From: Lama guanicoe | Lineage: Eukaryota | Direction of reading: 5' to 3' | Length of the DNA stretch: 64,000 nt | Assembly: GCA_013239625.1 (NCBI GenBank) | Contig: MU053934.1 | Coordinates: 10,001,352 to 10,065,351 of the forward strand | Shown: piece by piece, positions 12,001-25,628 of the stretch | Layout of the letters: each line of letters opens with the position of its first letter | Position numbering within the stretch: the first letter of the stretch is position 1 | Translations under genes and position numbers: made by a program | Notes under the pieces: generated by a model | The model's input: only the letters and a program-made list of their open reading frames with translations | Databases searched by the model: none | What the model was told of the DNA's origin: nothing

Positions 12001-15000
12001 CTGCAAAGACACCACACCCTCGTGTCAGGCGGGTCACAGAGTCCACACCAGCACGAGCACGGCGACTCCAAAGCGCCTGGACATTCTGCTTTGAGAATCT
12101 CACTAGAAATGCAAGAGGAAGAGGGAAGGTTAGATGCAATTTTAAAACTCAGAGCTAAGAAAGTTTGGGAAACTCAACGTTATCAGAAGACGGGCTATTG
12201 TGTCCATAATCACCAAACGCAGGCTGCGACTTTCCCAGGCCAGCTGTGCTGAATTTGGGGAAAGATGCCAGTAAGAGTCTGGCTCAGATATCAAGTGTTA
12301 AAGAGGCACGTAACAGACCTGGGGACAACCAGGACCTGGGACACCTGGGTGTGCACATGAGTCACATCAGGGCAGGGCGGTGGTGGCAGGGGGTCTGGAA
12401 AGGCCTGGGTGGGTCCAAACACCAATCAGATACAGGGGAGTCTTGGGTGGACCTAGGGATGACGGCACAGGGCATCCTCTGCTACAGGAAACCAGGAGGA
12501 GGCCAGCTCCACCGAGAGCCGCAGGACAGGGACAGTCCTCACAGCAGGACGCCGGCAGTCAGGCCTCCAGGTCAAGCTGGACATAAACGCAGCCGTGGGA
12601 AACATGGGATGACAGCTTGGAGCTGAGGCGGGGGCTGGAGAGAACTCCCCGGTGTGAACAGACTACCTTCCTTAGCCCACCGGAGAGCCCAGCGGAGTCG
12701 GCGCCTGCTTTTACGCGGGACAGCCTAGCTCGCGGTCAGGCCCCAGGTTGGCTGTGAAACCTGTAATACAGTAAAGTTCTGTATTTTTGTAACAGCAAAA
12801 CAGAAAAATAAATGCTGCCGTAACACTTGAGGTAACCTTACATCATCTTTAAAGTCGTTGTCTATGGAAACCAACTTATGAGAACCCCCTCCGAGGGCCT
12901 AAAAGGCTGAGAGCAGGGCCACCCCACCCGACATGCTGGGGAGGGGCGAGCAGGAGGAGGAGTCGGCCTCAAAGGGTGAGTGGGCGGGGCTGCCAGGGCC
13001 CCACCCTCAGGCACGCCTGCCCCGTAGAGCCTCAGACCCAGGTCTGCCCTCCACCCCCCGCTGATTCCCCCTCCCTCAGGCCCCCCACCCAAGCAGCCGG
13101 CTGCTGCCCCTTTGTCTGGCCCCTTCTCCCCTGTGGTCAGCGTGGGCGCGGGATAGCCCCGGGGGCTCAGCGGGGCACCTGGACACCCACACGCCAGCTC
13201 TGGGACCCTGGACAGAGACCTGAAGGAGGCACGGCCAGTAGCCAGAGGCTGCGGGGAGAGAAGCAGGGGGCCAGGGGAGGGCGATCGGAAACGGGGTGGG
13301 GGGCCCAGGGAGGGGACGTGATGACACTGCAGGTGGAAGGCTTGGAGTGGAGGGCAGTCCGACCCTCCTCCATCAGACACCACCGTCCGCTGGGCCTCAA
13401 CTTCAGACGACACGTGGGGCCGGTCGCGTTGAAAACGTCAAGATCAGGGTGAGAAGGGCTCCAGCAGGAAACGCTGGTAACGGCGGTGGCTCCCTTCCTG
13501 CCTCCAGGGGGCTCCCGCCCGCTGACCAGAGGCCATATTCCTGCTCTAGGCCACTTGGAGCTTCCTCATCTCGGTGTTCCACCCTAGTCTGCAAAACCTT
13601 CATCTCTAGTTAGGAGGCATCAGGAGTCCAAGAGAGTCACTGAGAAGCTCTGAATGACGCAGACTGTCCCACTAAGAGAGACTACAAATTAGCAATCTCT
13701 AGTCCCGCTAATTCAGTTTGACCCGAAGAATCAATCACAGGCCACAGTGGAGGCCCCTGAGGGAGAGGAGGACACCGAAAGCCTCAGCTCCCCAGGCGTT
13801 TCCCGGCACCAGGGCTTCTCCCCACCGGCCCCTCCTTGTGGTGCGGCCATCCTGGGTGCCGCAGGATTTGGGCAGTATCCCTGGGCTCCAGCCACGAATG
13901 CTGGGGGCGCCCACCCCCACACTGCCAGCGGTTGGCCAGTGTCTCCCGAAGGCAACGTCCCTGATTGAGAACCAGGGCCTCACGAGGTGTGTTTAGCAAC
14001 CCTTCTTTAAACAGAAAGCAGGGAAGCAAACCACGGCCAGCCCCGGGGACACGGACCAGCTGACGTGGCTGTCCTGCTCCCCCCGAACACTCCCACATCA
14101 CAGACCCCAGGAGGGTCCCTGGAAAGCGTGTGTATCCCACACCCGTCTTCTCCGCTCCTCGCCCCTCCTGCACCCCGGCCTGGTGAAGGCTGCTCTGTCC
14201 ACGTGCTCCTGCGCCCACAAGCCAGGCCCCTCCCTGACTCCTCCCTGTCCCCGGGCGGCGGCCCGCTTTCTGCTGGGGTTCACCCCCCACCAAGCACCTT
14301 AGACACAAATGTGAACCTGGCTCCGTCCCACCCGGAACTTTCCGTGGCTCCCCTGGCCGCTCAGCGTGCAGGTTAATTCAACAGCCCAGGCCGGGGGTGT
14401 GGCCGCCCGCCCACCTTCCTGGCCAAGCCTGTGGGGAAGGGGGCGGCCGCCCCGCCCCAGCACGCACAGCACGCAGGGCCGCTGCTGGGCCTGACTGCAT
14501 GCCGATCCCAGTGCCTGCACCTGCCCTGACAAACATTGAAACAAAACAACTGTCAGGATAGTCAGCCACCGCGTGTGCCCTCAGCAGAGCTCGAAGATTT
14601 TCAACCAAAGTTCAGCAAATCATAGAACAGCCTTGTAGGAACGGCACAGCTCTACCGGCAGCATTTGTAAGGTCTACCACCCCAAAGTACTAAACCAAAC
14701 GACCTTTCTGGGGCAACTTTTTAACATTCCTGAGATGGAAAAGGGCGTGCAACTGGGGCAACAGCCACCCCAGGACCAGGCCTGGTGACGGTGGCCAACC
14801 CCACTAGGAGCCAGTCCTCCCGTGCCCCCCCCGGGGTCCCCACGGCCACCCTGAGTGGGCACTGAGCCAGGGGAAGATGACTGCGCCCCCCCAAACTTCC
14901 CTTCATGTTTGGGCAGCGTCACACAAAAGGTGGAGACCCCAGGCCCCCCACACCCCGGCAGAAGCCAGGGCCCGAGCCCGGGGCGGTGGAAGGGCCAGCA

Positions 15001-16706
15001 GCCGGGCTCTGGGTGCTGATTCAGTGACGCCTCCCAGGCCAGCAGGGCCACCGTGCTGCGTCCACGGAGGGTCTCCAGCTTGAAAGCCGAGCCACCGGGG
15101 GGTCACCTAACGAGGTGAGAGGACGATGAACGCACCGAACATCCTGAGTGCCGCTGGTACCAAGTCTGGCTCGTCCCGCCGGACGCGCGGCGAGCCGGGG
15201 AGCCGAGGTCTGCTGCGGGGATGGCTTGCTCGCGAGGCAGCCTCGCGAGGGGACGGAGAGCCGCAGGTGCCCCAGGCCATGCAGGGGCGTTGGCGAGGGG
15301 AGCGTGGGGACGGGGGCGGGGAGGTGCCTTGTCGTCAGGCACAGGTGTGCCCGGGCTGCAGGCTCTGCACGTGCCCAAACGGGGCCCTGGCGCCACCTGA
15401 GGGGGTGGTCTTCGGCCCTGTGATGCCCTGAGGTCACCGCGCAGGCCCAGTGGAGGGTCGCGGGCCTGTGCGGGCTCCGCCAGCTCAGCTGACTCCAAGT
15501 GCACTGGCAAACAGCTCGGGCAAGCAGCTCGCTGCTGGGACCGTGCTGGGGGGAGGACGCGCAGGCCTTAGCACGAGCTGAACTGGTGGGGGCAGGTGCA
15601 GCGGATCTGACTCAGCACCTGCCATCTCACCAGCTGACCCCCCGCCCGTCTGCTGGCAGGCCCACACCCCCGGGGCTCTGCGTGTGCACGTGCGTGTGGG
15701 TGCTGCAGACGTGTGCATGTGTAGCTAGGGAAGGCGGGGGACCCAGGACACACTCGGCCTTCAGCTGGACCCACTGGCCCAGCTCTGACCACCACACCTC
15801 CTCACACTCAGGCCTCCTCCCCTGGGCTCACCGTACACCCTCGAGAGCCAGCGGTGACAGACGTCCCACAGAAGCACCAAGAAAACCAACCCACGGCCAA
15901 ATGGCTTGGACACAACTTCCACGAAAATCCTGTCCCACCTTCTCAAACTCATCAGATCCCAAGAATTTGTTGCCACACCTGTGATCTATGGGCATCACTG
16001 AAGTTTTAACCGCAGGCAGCATGGTCCTCGCCGGACACACAGTCCACAAGCACACCCTTGGGGACACTGACTCTGTGCCTCCGGCAGCAACTCTTGCTGG
16101 TACCTGGAGGGGATGCTTACAACCTGCGGGACAGGTAGACGAGGCCCTGAGGACGTGCATCCTGTCGGAGGCTGAAGGGTCTTGGACATTTAAGAGAGAA
16201 CAAACTCCTCCCACCAGCGAACAGCTCGCTCGGTGCCAGGGTCCAGCGGGCAGTGCCCGGCGCACTCCACACACTGGTGCCTGGTCCTCCCGCCGGGCAC
16301 GGGCGCTGGGCCCCCTGCAGACCACGGGGACCCTGAAGGCATCCATCCCAGGTGTCTGTGTTCTCATCCCAACGTGGTTTCAGTTACTTCTGGTCTTGAA
16401 AATGCCCGATTTATAACCCCACAGAAGAAAATTGTTTTGCTACCCCCTGCGGATATTGCGAAGTTTGAGAAACAGCCGTTTAGGAAGAGATGCTCATGAA
16501 ACAAAGAGCCAAAGAGATGCTATTTATCCCTGACGACAAGACTGCCCTTCCTGGGACAGCAGGCGTTGGCTCCCGAGTGATGGGAAGTGTTGGGAAGGAA
16601 AACGGTAGACGGACAGAAAGAACCATCTGTGTCGAGCGTCATCACACCCGGCGTGTCTGCGGTGAGGAGGCCGTGGGGCCACAGCCACGTGGTAAAAATG
16701 CGTGGC

Positions 16707-16845
16707 GGGGGAGGGGACAGCGCAGGGGTGGAGCGCGTGCTCAGCCTGCACAAGGTCCCGGGCTCAGTCCCTAGCCCCTCCGTTAAATAAATACAAAAGT
16801 AAACCAAATTACCTACCCTCCCCAAAAAAACTTAGAAAAAAGAAA
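16707..16845 (+). mobile_element. tRNA-derived SINE (vic-1-like), GC-shifted copy
   Basis: Colinear with the copies at 38919, 43759 and 55218; shares the aattacct..ccc tail with the 43759 copy; A-rich 3' end. Confidence 0.75.
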
Positions 16846-18354
16846 AGAATGCTGTAATAAATGCCGTGTCTGCTGGAGGTGCTTCCCCCTTTCATCCACC
16901 CCTAACTGGGTATTAAGCTGCATTCGGTACGATATTACAGTTTAGGACACGTGTGATCAAAGTACAATTTAGGATAATTTTTTTAAGTTTAGAACTGAAA
17001 TTTTAAGTAGAATCAGCTTTTGCCACGCTGCAGACACTGAGCAAACTCAAAATAAAACCAAATAAAATTAGAAAAATTGATACTCACCTGGTATTTTTAT
17101 TTTATACTGTTAAACATCTTAAAACCTAATCTCCACATGTGACTCTCATTTTGGTCATTTTTAATCACTGGTAATAAAGTCTACCATTGATCTGACACAT
17201 CACCAATTCCAAAAGCAGCACAGAAGGAACTTACAAGGTTTTACGGGAATCTGTGACCCACAAATAACTTGCCAGGGTGTGAAGCAAGTTCTAACCACAC
17301 ATGCACACGGGGCCACCTCTGTCCGCCAGTCACGCTGCTCCTGCCTCTGGAAATGGTCTGTCTGCACACCTGGTACCCCGCCCCCAGCCCACACCAGATA
17401 CACACACACGACATACGCTGCACACACACACATCCCACCAGATACGCACACACACACGGCCACCTGACTCGCGCAGGGTCCCCTGCTTCTCAGCGCACAC
17501 ACCATCACCTGGCTGGGGCCGCCGGGCCCTCCTCCCTCACCCGTGAGTCGGCCTGGCCTGCAGACGCTTTTCTGCCTCCTACTTGGTGGCAGCTCCCGAG
17601 GGCGGCTCTGCCTGTTCTGCTCAGAGCTGTGTGTGTCCCCCTCCCAGTCCTGGTCTCCGTGTCCCGCTTCTCCGCACGGTTTCGCTGGCTTCCCCCGGAG
17701 GCGGGTTGGTAACGGCAGCAGCGGCGGGCGCCCGTGAGGGCATCCCCGTGCCGAGTGCATAAGCGCCCGTAACCCTCCCAACAACCCGGAAGGCGCGTGT
17801 CAGGACCCCTGCTCGACGCATGGGCTTCTAGAAGGCTTTACAGATCCTCATCTGACTGGTGCTCAGGTCACAGAACACGTCCAGGCCAGGGACAGGAAGT
17901 GCCACGGCCAGGGCAGGCTTCCGGCAAATCTATCAAGTAATGTTTCCTGTCCTCACGCAGAGGTTGAAGAGAACCTGCCCCACCGTCCCCACCGGCCACA
18001 TCCACGCCAGCGAGCCCTCCCAGGCTGTTACATGGCATCACGTCCGGGGGCAAAGCCGAGCTGCAACTTTCCAGACCCAACTCTGCAGATGCATGTGGGG
18101 CTGAAGGCAAACGTTGCTCCGTGGGGGCTAAGCCTGGCCTGTGTCCCCAGGTGTCCCCTGCGAGTGCCAGCAGACCTTCTGGAACGCCCTGCTGTGCTGG
18201 GGTCCCCTCCTTATCACTGTCAACACCCGCTTCACTGTGTTTTTTGTGTTTTGTTCTGTTTTTTTCGGTCACATAGAGCTTTATTTGTCACATGGTAACT
18301 ACTTTGAAAATTAGGTACCATCATTAAAATTTAGGGCCACAGTATCTAATGTTC

Positions 18355-18510
18355 TGTTTTCTTTTTGAGTTATAGTCAGTTTACAATGTTGTGGCAGTTT
18401 CTGGTGTACAGCAGTTTTTCAGTCGTACATGAACATGTATATGTTCATTTTCGTATTCTTTTTCACTGTGAGCTACCACAAGATCTTGAATATATTTCCC
18501 TGTGCTGTAC
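18355..18510 (-). mobile_element. L1 3' end (artiodactyl-type), 5'-truncated
   Basis: ttgagttatagtcagtttacaatgttgtg...tttctggtgtacagca...gaatatatttccctgtgctgtac, typical of a reverse-oriented L1 3' UTR. Confidence 0.75.
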
Positions 18511-21500
18511 TCACTTCACTTTGAAAACCAGAGTCAGGTAGAGCATGCTGGCGTCGTGCGACAACCCACACACCCAAGAGTCAAATTATAGTCACTTAGT
18601 GACCATGTGGCCACACTGCCCAGAGACTGGAGACACAGTGTCCCCAGGGGGCTCAGCACCAGCGGGGGTGGGGGCAGCGTGGCCCGCATCCAGGCGACAA
18701 TGCTTTCAGACGCGATCCGGGAGGAGGGGCGCTGTCACACGTGCAGGCCCCCGATGGGGGGAGGGGGGCCCACAGGCCTGGCTGGTTGCAGAGACTCCCA
18801 TGCGCCAGCTACGGCCCTGTCCCCAAGGGTGGCCCTCCATGGCCCGCTGGGACAGTGCACCTACACCCCTCCTGGACAGACGAGCAAATGGGGCCCTGAG
18901 GGGTAAGGAGTGGAGTGAGGACAGACCCCAGCAGGTGTGGCTGGTAACTGGCTGGGTGACCCGGGTCCAACCTGCGCCCCCCACCCTGCCAGGACCCACC
19001 TCCTCATCCATCACCTGGGCGCCTCCACACAAGGCCTCATTCAAGAACTGCAGGGGCTGGTTCTGTGACACCACATCATCACCGACTTCAGAACAGGAGG
19101 CCGAGGAGAGGGCAGCAGGGAAGAATGTGGATTTCCAGCGAGAACAAAGCCTCCTGAGGACACACATGTATGTGGGGAGTCCAGACCCTCTCACGCACTA
19201 CGTACATCCTCCTGCAGCGTAAATGCCACGGAGAGGACTTCTCCACCCCTGGAAACGAGCCTGAGACCCTGCCACCAGCGCGAACAGACCCCGGCCTCAC
19301 GGGGCCCACCGCAGACACAGCCTGCGATCACAGGTCTCACCTGTACCAGGTCCTCGCGGGGACCGACAGACGGACACTGTGTGAGCACCCTGTGCGTGCC
19401 TACCCACCCCCTGGATGTTTCTAGAGCGTTTTCAGTCTCAGTTTCAGTCAAAGTAGGCAAATCTGGAAGACAGCCACTTCTCAGGCCCCCCTACCAGACC
19501 CAAGTAATTCCCACTGACTTTTTTCCTGTAGAAAAAACTGTCTTCTAACTCCACTGAAATGGGAAATTGGTCCTAGAGTTTGACGTTTGAAGGTCGTGTT
19601 CTCAAAGCTCCAGCCGGTGGTGGGCGGGGGGCACAGGCTGCAGGAACCACGGGGCGTGGGACCCCGAGGGCCCCCCCGTCCCCCGCCCACCCGAAGGCCC
19701 CAGGCCTGATCACGGGACCCAGGCATCTTCACTCAGGGGTGCCCCACAAGTCTGGATCTTTATGTGAAATCTCCCGACTTAGTGTTGGCTACAACTTTAA
19801 AAGGAAAAAGAAAACTCACTTGGCAAGTCAGACAAAAAAATAACCGTGGCCAAACGTCGCCCGAGGACCACCCATCGGCAGCCCCCGGGAGGACAAGCGG
19901 GGGTTACTGACCACACGGATCCCAGGTGAGACGGTGGCACCCTCATCACAGTCGCCTCACCCGGTCCAGCCCGACACAAGGAGTTTAAAATAAACTCAGA
20001 CCCCGTCCCTGGACGCGCACCGGTGTGGCTCCCCGAGGTTCTGCGAGCTCTGGGAGGTGGCGAGGCGGCCACACCAGGCCACCTGTCTGTGAGAACAGCG
20101 AGTCCTACACACTCACCCGCAGCAGACGCCGCTTCTATGGGAAAAATCATTGTTTCTCTTGAATGTTCTATTTTTATAATGAAGTTTCCATTTATTAAGT
20201 ATTTCTTCTTATTGGTTTGTTTCAACAATGCAATAATTTCAAGCAAAACTCTAAGTGTATCCCAGCTATTCCCAGCCCCAAAGTTCACGATGCTCAGAGG
20301 AGGTGCCTGTCAACTGCAATTTATTGCTACTTGACCCAATAAAATGTGACCTTTGACCCTTGTCTGCACACCAGCAGCAGCCACCACGATGTCACCAGGA
20401 CGCTAGCCTGGGAGGGAACCTGGTGTGCCTGCCCGGCACGCTGCAAGAGCCTGTCTTGTCTGTCTGTCCACCACGGAGGCTCCTGGCAGACGCCTGAGGG
20501 TGTGTTCTTGAGGAACCCTCCCGACAGCCCCCCAACTCAGACCACCCTCCTCACCCTCTTCTGACCCAGGGTCAAGCCCGGCTCGCCAGCCCACCTTCTG
20601 CCACTCCAGCCGCCCTGACTGCTGACCAGGAGCGAGAGCGGACCCAGAGCAGAAGCAGAGGCTGGAAACCTAGCATTTCTGTGTGCAGGGACCTTCTCTA
20701 CCAGACGGGAAGATGTGAGAGTTAAAGGATTCTCACCCAGAGGGCGCCTGGGCCAGATCCACCTTAGAACTTGCCAGGGCACGCGACAGTAACGTCTTCC
20801 GCTGTGACTCGGCTGCACGGGTGAAGTGTCCTCAGGGGCCATCCTGCCCTTGAGACCCTCCACCCCCTTCGGCTCAAGAAGCTCCAGAGAGTGGGGAGCG
20901 CCACCGTGTGTCCTCGCCAGCCCAGGACGGCAAAGCCCGAGGGGAGAAGCCTAGGACTGCCACGAAGGAGCAGGCTCGGGCACTTAGAGGAAGACCCAGA
21001 ACCGGGGGCAGGCGGGACAGCATCGGGCACCTTTCTTAGAAAAAGCGGACAGTTGAGCTGTTATAAGTCAGGTTTACGTGGGAAGAGAGGTGGGGCGGGG
21101 GAGGCTGGGGGGCAAGCCAGGGTCCCACCAGGAACCCCAAGCTCTCAAGAGTCTCTGTGGGCGGAATCAGTGTCCAGCTCAGCTGAGTCTCCTTTTGAAC
21201 CTTTCTAGATAATTCCAGGCACAAAACCTTTGGAATCCTTCTGCCTTAAAATATTCCAAGATGCACTTTTCTCTTAGAGGCTATTCAGTGATCAGATAGA
21301 GCGTGGGTTTACGCTGAACTTTGAAACAAGTGAGTCACAGAGGCTTCCTTATGAGTAACCATGACAAAACCCAGGCCCTGTGCCCATGCTATCCGCCAGA
21401 CTTCACTCGCTGGCCCAGCGTCACCGTGGGGCCAACACGCTCTAGACAGGGAGGCGGTGCAGGGCCAGAAACCCCCGCCAGAGGGTGACTAACAGTCGGA

Positions 21501-23404
21501 GGTGGGGAGACATCCGACAAATAAAGTTGACATAAATGTTTAATCAAGCTATCCAGAGTCACAAATGCTACAGAAAAGGCTGTGGAGCAGGTTCACAGGC
21601 TGGGGGTTGGAGGGGCCCAGCAAGCTCAGCGAGGAGCCGTGCAAAGGCCCTGGGGCACAGCATCCATGTGGAGCAGGACAGGAGGAGGCTGCGGGACTAC
21701 AGCAGAGTGAGTGGGGAAGTATCACAGAGGTGGTGCGGGGTTTGCAGGGCTTGACGCCCCCGTGGCAGATGACCACGGCAGACCCAGAGGCCACACGAGG
21801 TCACGGGTCCCTGTCCCATCTGCCGGTCTCCCATGGATGCTCGGGGGGCCCGGGGACTGCAGCGCAGGCGGCCCTGGCCAGGGAGGAGTGGCTCCATGCG
21901 CTCACCACCTCGGACACTAATCTAAGATGCTTCTCGGGGCGTGGGCGCCTTTGCCGAATTGTTGGGTGATGAGTGGACAGAACGAGAGGTCAGGAGTGTG
22001 TTTCAGGGGACCTGGACTCCTGGTGGATGTGAGCCTAAAGCTCAGGCCCTCAGACCCTCTTCCATGGAACAGTCTCCATCAGGCCACACGGGATCCCCGG
22101 GCATCGGGGCAGACCTGCTGCAGGCCTGGCACCTTCCACCTGGGGCCCCGAGAGGCCACACAGTCCTGGGGGCTGATGGCTGGGGGGCTGGAGACGGGGC
22201 CCGGGGAGGGATGCAGCCTGTGTGCTCTGGATGGAGGCCCAGGAATCAGTGCCCTGCACGAGTCACCCTTTGTGGCCTCACAGAGTGCGCACAACGTGGC
22301 GCCCCAAGGACGGCTTCTCGAGGCGTGTGACCACGGAAGCAGCGAGATGCCAGGACTGCCGGGGCAGAGGGCTGGGAGGGCGGGGGAGGGCCTGGCTCCT
22401 CTCCACCCAGGAACGGCTGCACAAACTCACACCTGCACACGCACACACATTCACACATGCACACACATGTGTTCATTATCACACACACCTGCCCTTTGCA
22501 CTGGGGTGTGGAGACAGGATGTGGACACTAGCACTGATGTGGACACTAACACTGCTGACAGTTCACTGGAACCCCCATGTAAAGAGACGTCATTGAAAGA
22601 CGTTCCAGAAAGGCCAGAGTGGCTTCCCAACATGCCAGCACAGTCCTGACCACCTCATTTGTCGCCCTCTGTCCCTTCACTCTGGCCACAGCAGGGAGAG
22701 CCCAGCAGTCCTGGGGCACCAGAGGGCCGGGCACCTGATCAAGCATGGACGGCTCTAAGGGCCCCAGCCCTGCCACCCTTGGGGCTCCGCTCCATCAGCA
22801 CCTTTTGGGAAATGCCGTGGCTGCACCTGCACGGGCCCATTTCTCAGCTGGTCCATGGAACGGGGCTCTCCTTGTGTCCCCAGGCCGTGGGCTCAGCAGA
22901 CAGGCTGCATTCACCCTTGATCTGCGGACCTTGTACCCGGGAACACACAGGACACGGCCCACCTCTGAGTCACACCTGCCACACGCTCCCACCTCCAGCC
23001 TAGTGACCAAGAGGACAGAGAACTTCAGGAGCCCGTGTGGTGCCTCACCCCACTGACTGGCTCCTGCTCCTGGAACCCACTCTTCCACCACCCACCTGCT
23101 CGGAAAGGCCAGTGGGAGCTACTGAAATAAATTCTAGAACCCACATCCTCGGAGGGGGTGCACCATGGGATCCCGAGTTCCGAGCTCCAGAGCCGCCTGC
23201 CCCACCTGCTGGCTGAGACCCCTGTGAGCCCGGGACGGCCACCTCTGAAGCAAGGACTGCACCAGGATCGCTCCGAGGGCTGTGGCGAGGGTTCCGTGGG
23301 GCAGCAAACACAGCTGTGGGCACAGGAACGCCAGCCTAACAGACGCAGCCCTCAGACTAGTTCTGAGCGGGCCGGAGCAGGCCCACGACCGCCTCTCTCC
23401 CCGA

Positions 23405-24965
23405 CGGGGGACTCAACAGCAGAACAGAGGGACAGAGGAAAGAATCAGTGAACTAGAAGATAGGACAAAAGAAGTTACTCAAACTGAACAGAGGAAGACA
23501 GAACCAGCAACAACAACAGATGGAGCCTCAGGGACCTGGGGATCATAGCAGCAGGCCTCACCCTGCGTCCCCGCAGGCCCGGAGTAAAGAAGGAGGGGCT
23601 GCAGAAGTGCGCGAAAAAATAATGGCTTGAAAACTCCCCAAATTTGCAAAAGATGTAACCTCAGTTATGACTCATCCAAAGAAGTCCAACCCGAGACATG
23701 CCACCGCCTAGACCCTGGAAGCACGAACAAGTGCAAGCGCAAAGGGAAGAATCTTAAAGTCGGCGAGAGAGGAGCAACACTTCACCTCCAGGGGGAGGAA
23801 ACCCGAATGACAGCGGATTTCTCCTCCAAAAGCCAAACCCAAAAACCAAAAACAAACAAATGGAAACCAGAGGGAAGTGGCACAATGTGTTCCCAGTGCT
23901 GAAGGAAAAGACCTGTCAACCCGAATCTTACACCCAGCAAAGCTGTCCTCCAGGGTAAGGAAGAAATCGAGACATTCTTAGCTGAAGGAAAACTTAGCAA
24001 ACTTGTTGCCAGCAGACCTATCCTAAAAGAAAGGAGATAGAAAGGAAATGAGTCCCCGAACGAAAAAGAAAAAAGGAAGAAAGAACACAGTCATCAAAGA
24101 TATGGGTAAATACAGTAGAATTTCTTCCTCTTCTGGGTTTTCCAAAGTATGTTCGAGGCTTGAAAATAAAATTATAACACTAATGTGGTTCTAAGTGCAC
24201 ACAGAGGAAATAATTAAGGCAATCTTATTATAAAATGGAGAAAAGTGAAGTGACGTAGAGAGAGGTAAGGTTTCCACGCTTCTCTCAAGCTGGTGGGTGA
24301 CAGCGCCACCAGCCGGGGCTGGGACACGCACACGTGAACCGACACCCAGGGCAACCGCGGACACGCGCTCAAAGCAATACGGACATCTCACCGCAACGAG
24401 AAACCAGCCAAAAAGATTAAGATACACGGACAAGTCAGAATGGAATTCTAAAGAAATGTTTCTAAGTAATTCACAGGAAGGCGAGAAAAAGAAAATAAGA
24501 GGAATGAAAATAGAAAACCAAAAGTAAAGTGGCAGAGCTAAGCCCTAGTATATTTACATTAAAAAGACACAAAGTGGCCTAGTTGATTTAAAGAACAGGA
24601 CTCAGCTCTATGAAGCCTAAAGAAACACTTCAGATCTGATGAGGTAAGCAGGCTGAAGGCGAGAGGCGGGAGGGGCTGCGTCAGTAAGCACGGCAGACGT
24701 CAGAACACACAAAATGATCAGAGATGGGGAGGGGGCGTCACACGGTGGGAGAAGGGTCCATCCAAAATGAAGCCGTGGCAATCCTGGACGTGTATGCACC
24801 GACCAACAGAGCAGGAAAACACATAAAGCAAAAACTGACAGAACTCCAGGGAGAAACAGAAACGCCCACACTCGTGGTTGGAGACTTCAACACAGCTCTC
24901 TCAACAACTGACAGAGCCGCCAGACAGAAGACCAGCAAGGATACAGAAGAACTAACACCACCGTC
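23405..24965 (+). mobile_element. Old L1 fragment: ORF1 remnant, inter-ORF region and ORF2 endonuclease remnant
   Basis: ORF1-like EERISELEDRTKE; APE endonuclease-like GSIQNEAVAILDVYAPTNRAGKHIKQKLTELQGETETPTLVVGDFNTALS (ORF 24724..25230). Confidence 0.88.
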
Positions 24966-25425
24966 ACCCGACACGAGCCAACCGTTTCCCCAGCACCACC
25001 GGCGACAGCCCCGCGTGTTCCTTCCCGGTGCCTGTGGACACGTGCCAGGACAGACCCCATCGCTCCAGGGGCTCCTTTTGCTCTTCGGTTCATTCAAACT
25101 TGGGCTGGTGTGGGCGGGTCTGTATGAACCTGGTCAGAAGGGAACGGACTGGACCAATTCCAGTGCCTACGGCCAGTCTGCAAACAGGGCTGCTGTTCCT
25201 TGGGGGAGGCTGAAACCGCCCCTGGTCTGATGGGCTTTCTGCCTGCAGACAGTGCATGACTGGGTCAGAACCCAAATAACGTGTGTTCTCCAAATTGCAG
25301 GAGCAATTTTTCCAGGTGACCAGATTTGTCTGCTTGCTTCAGTCAAAGTGTTTCCAGTCATCTGGATTAGCTGCTTTCATAATACAATACATTGGTATTC
25401 TTTTCTCATGAATAACAATTTAGAG

Positions 25426-25628
25426 CAGGGTCAGCCAACTCCAGGCCAAATCTAGCCTTCTGGCTACTTCTGTAAATAAATGTTTTTATTGACACACGGC
25501 CACGTGCATTCATTCACATGCTGCCTGCAGCTGCCTGCAGTGCTAAAACAGCAGAGTTGAGACGCTGTGGCCCACAAAGACTAAAATATCTGCTATCTGG
25601 TTCTTTAAGAAAGTGTTTGCTAGTTCTA
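25426..25628 (+). mobile_element. MER58A-like hAT-Charlie MITE
   Basis: Starts cagggtcagccaac; internal tggcccacaaagactaaaatat; 8-bp TSD atttagag (25418-25425) / ttttagag (25629-25636). Confidence 0.85.

Noticed and set aside
18545-22649. Long intronic ORFs (225 aa at 18545, 240 aa at 21927) and many other 100-200 aa ORFs
   Set aside because: No recognisable domains or exon structure; expected by chance at this GC content.
24724-25230. 168-aa ORF with endonuclease motifs
   Set aside because: Remnant of the L1 ORF2 APE domain in a decayed L1, with no RT domain following.
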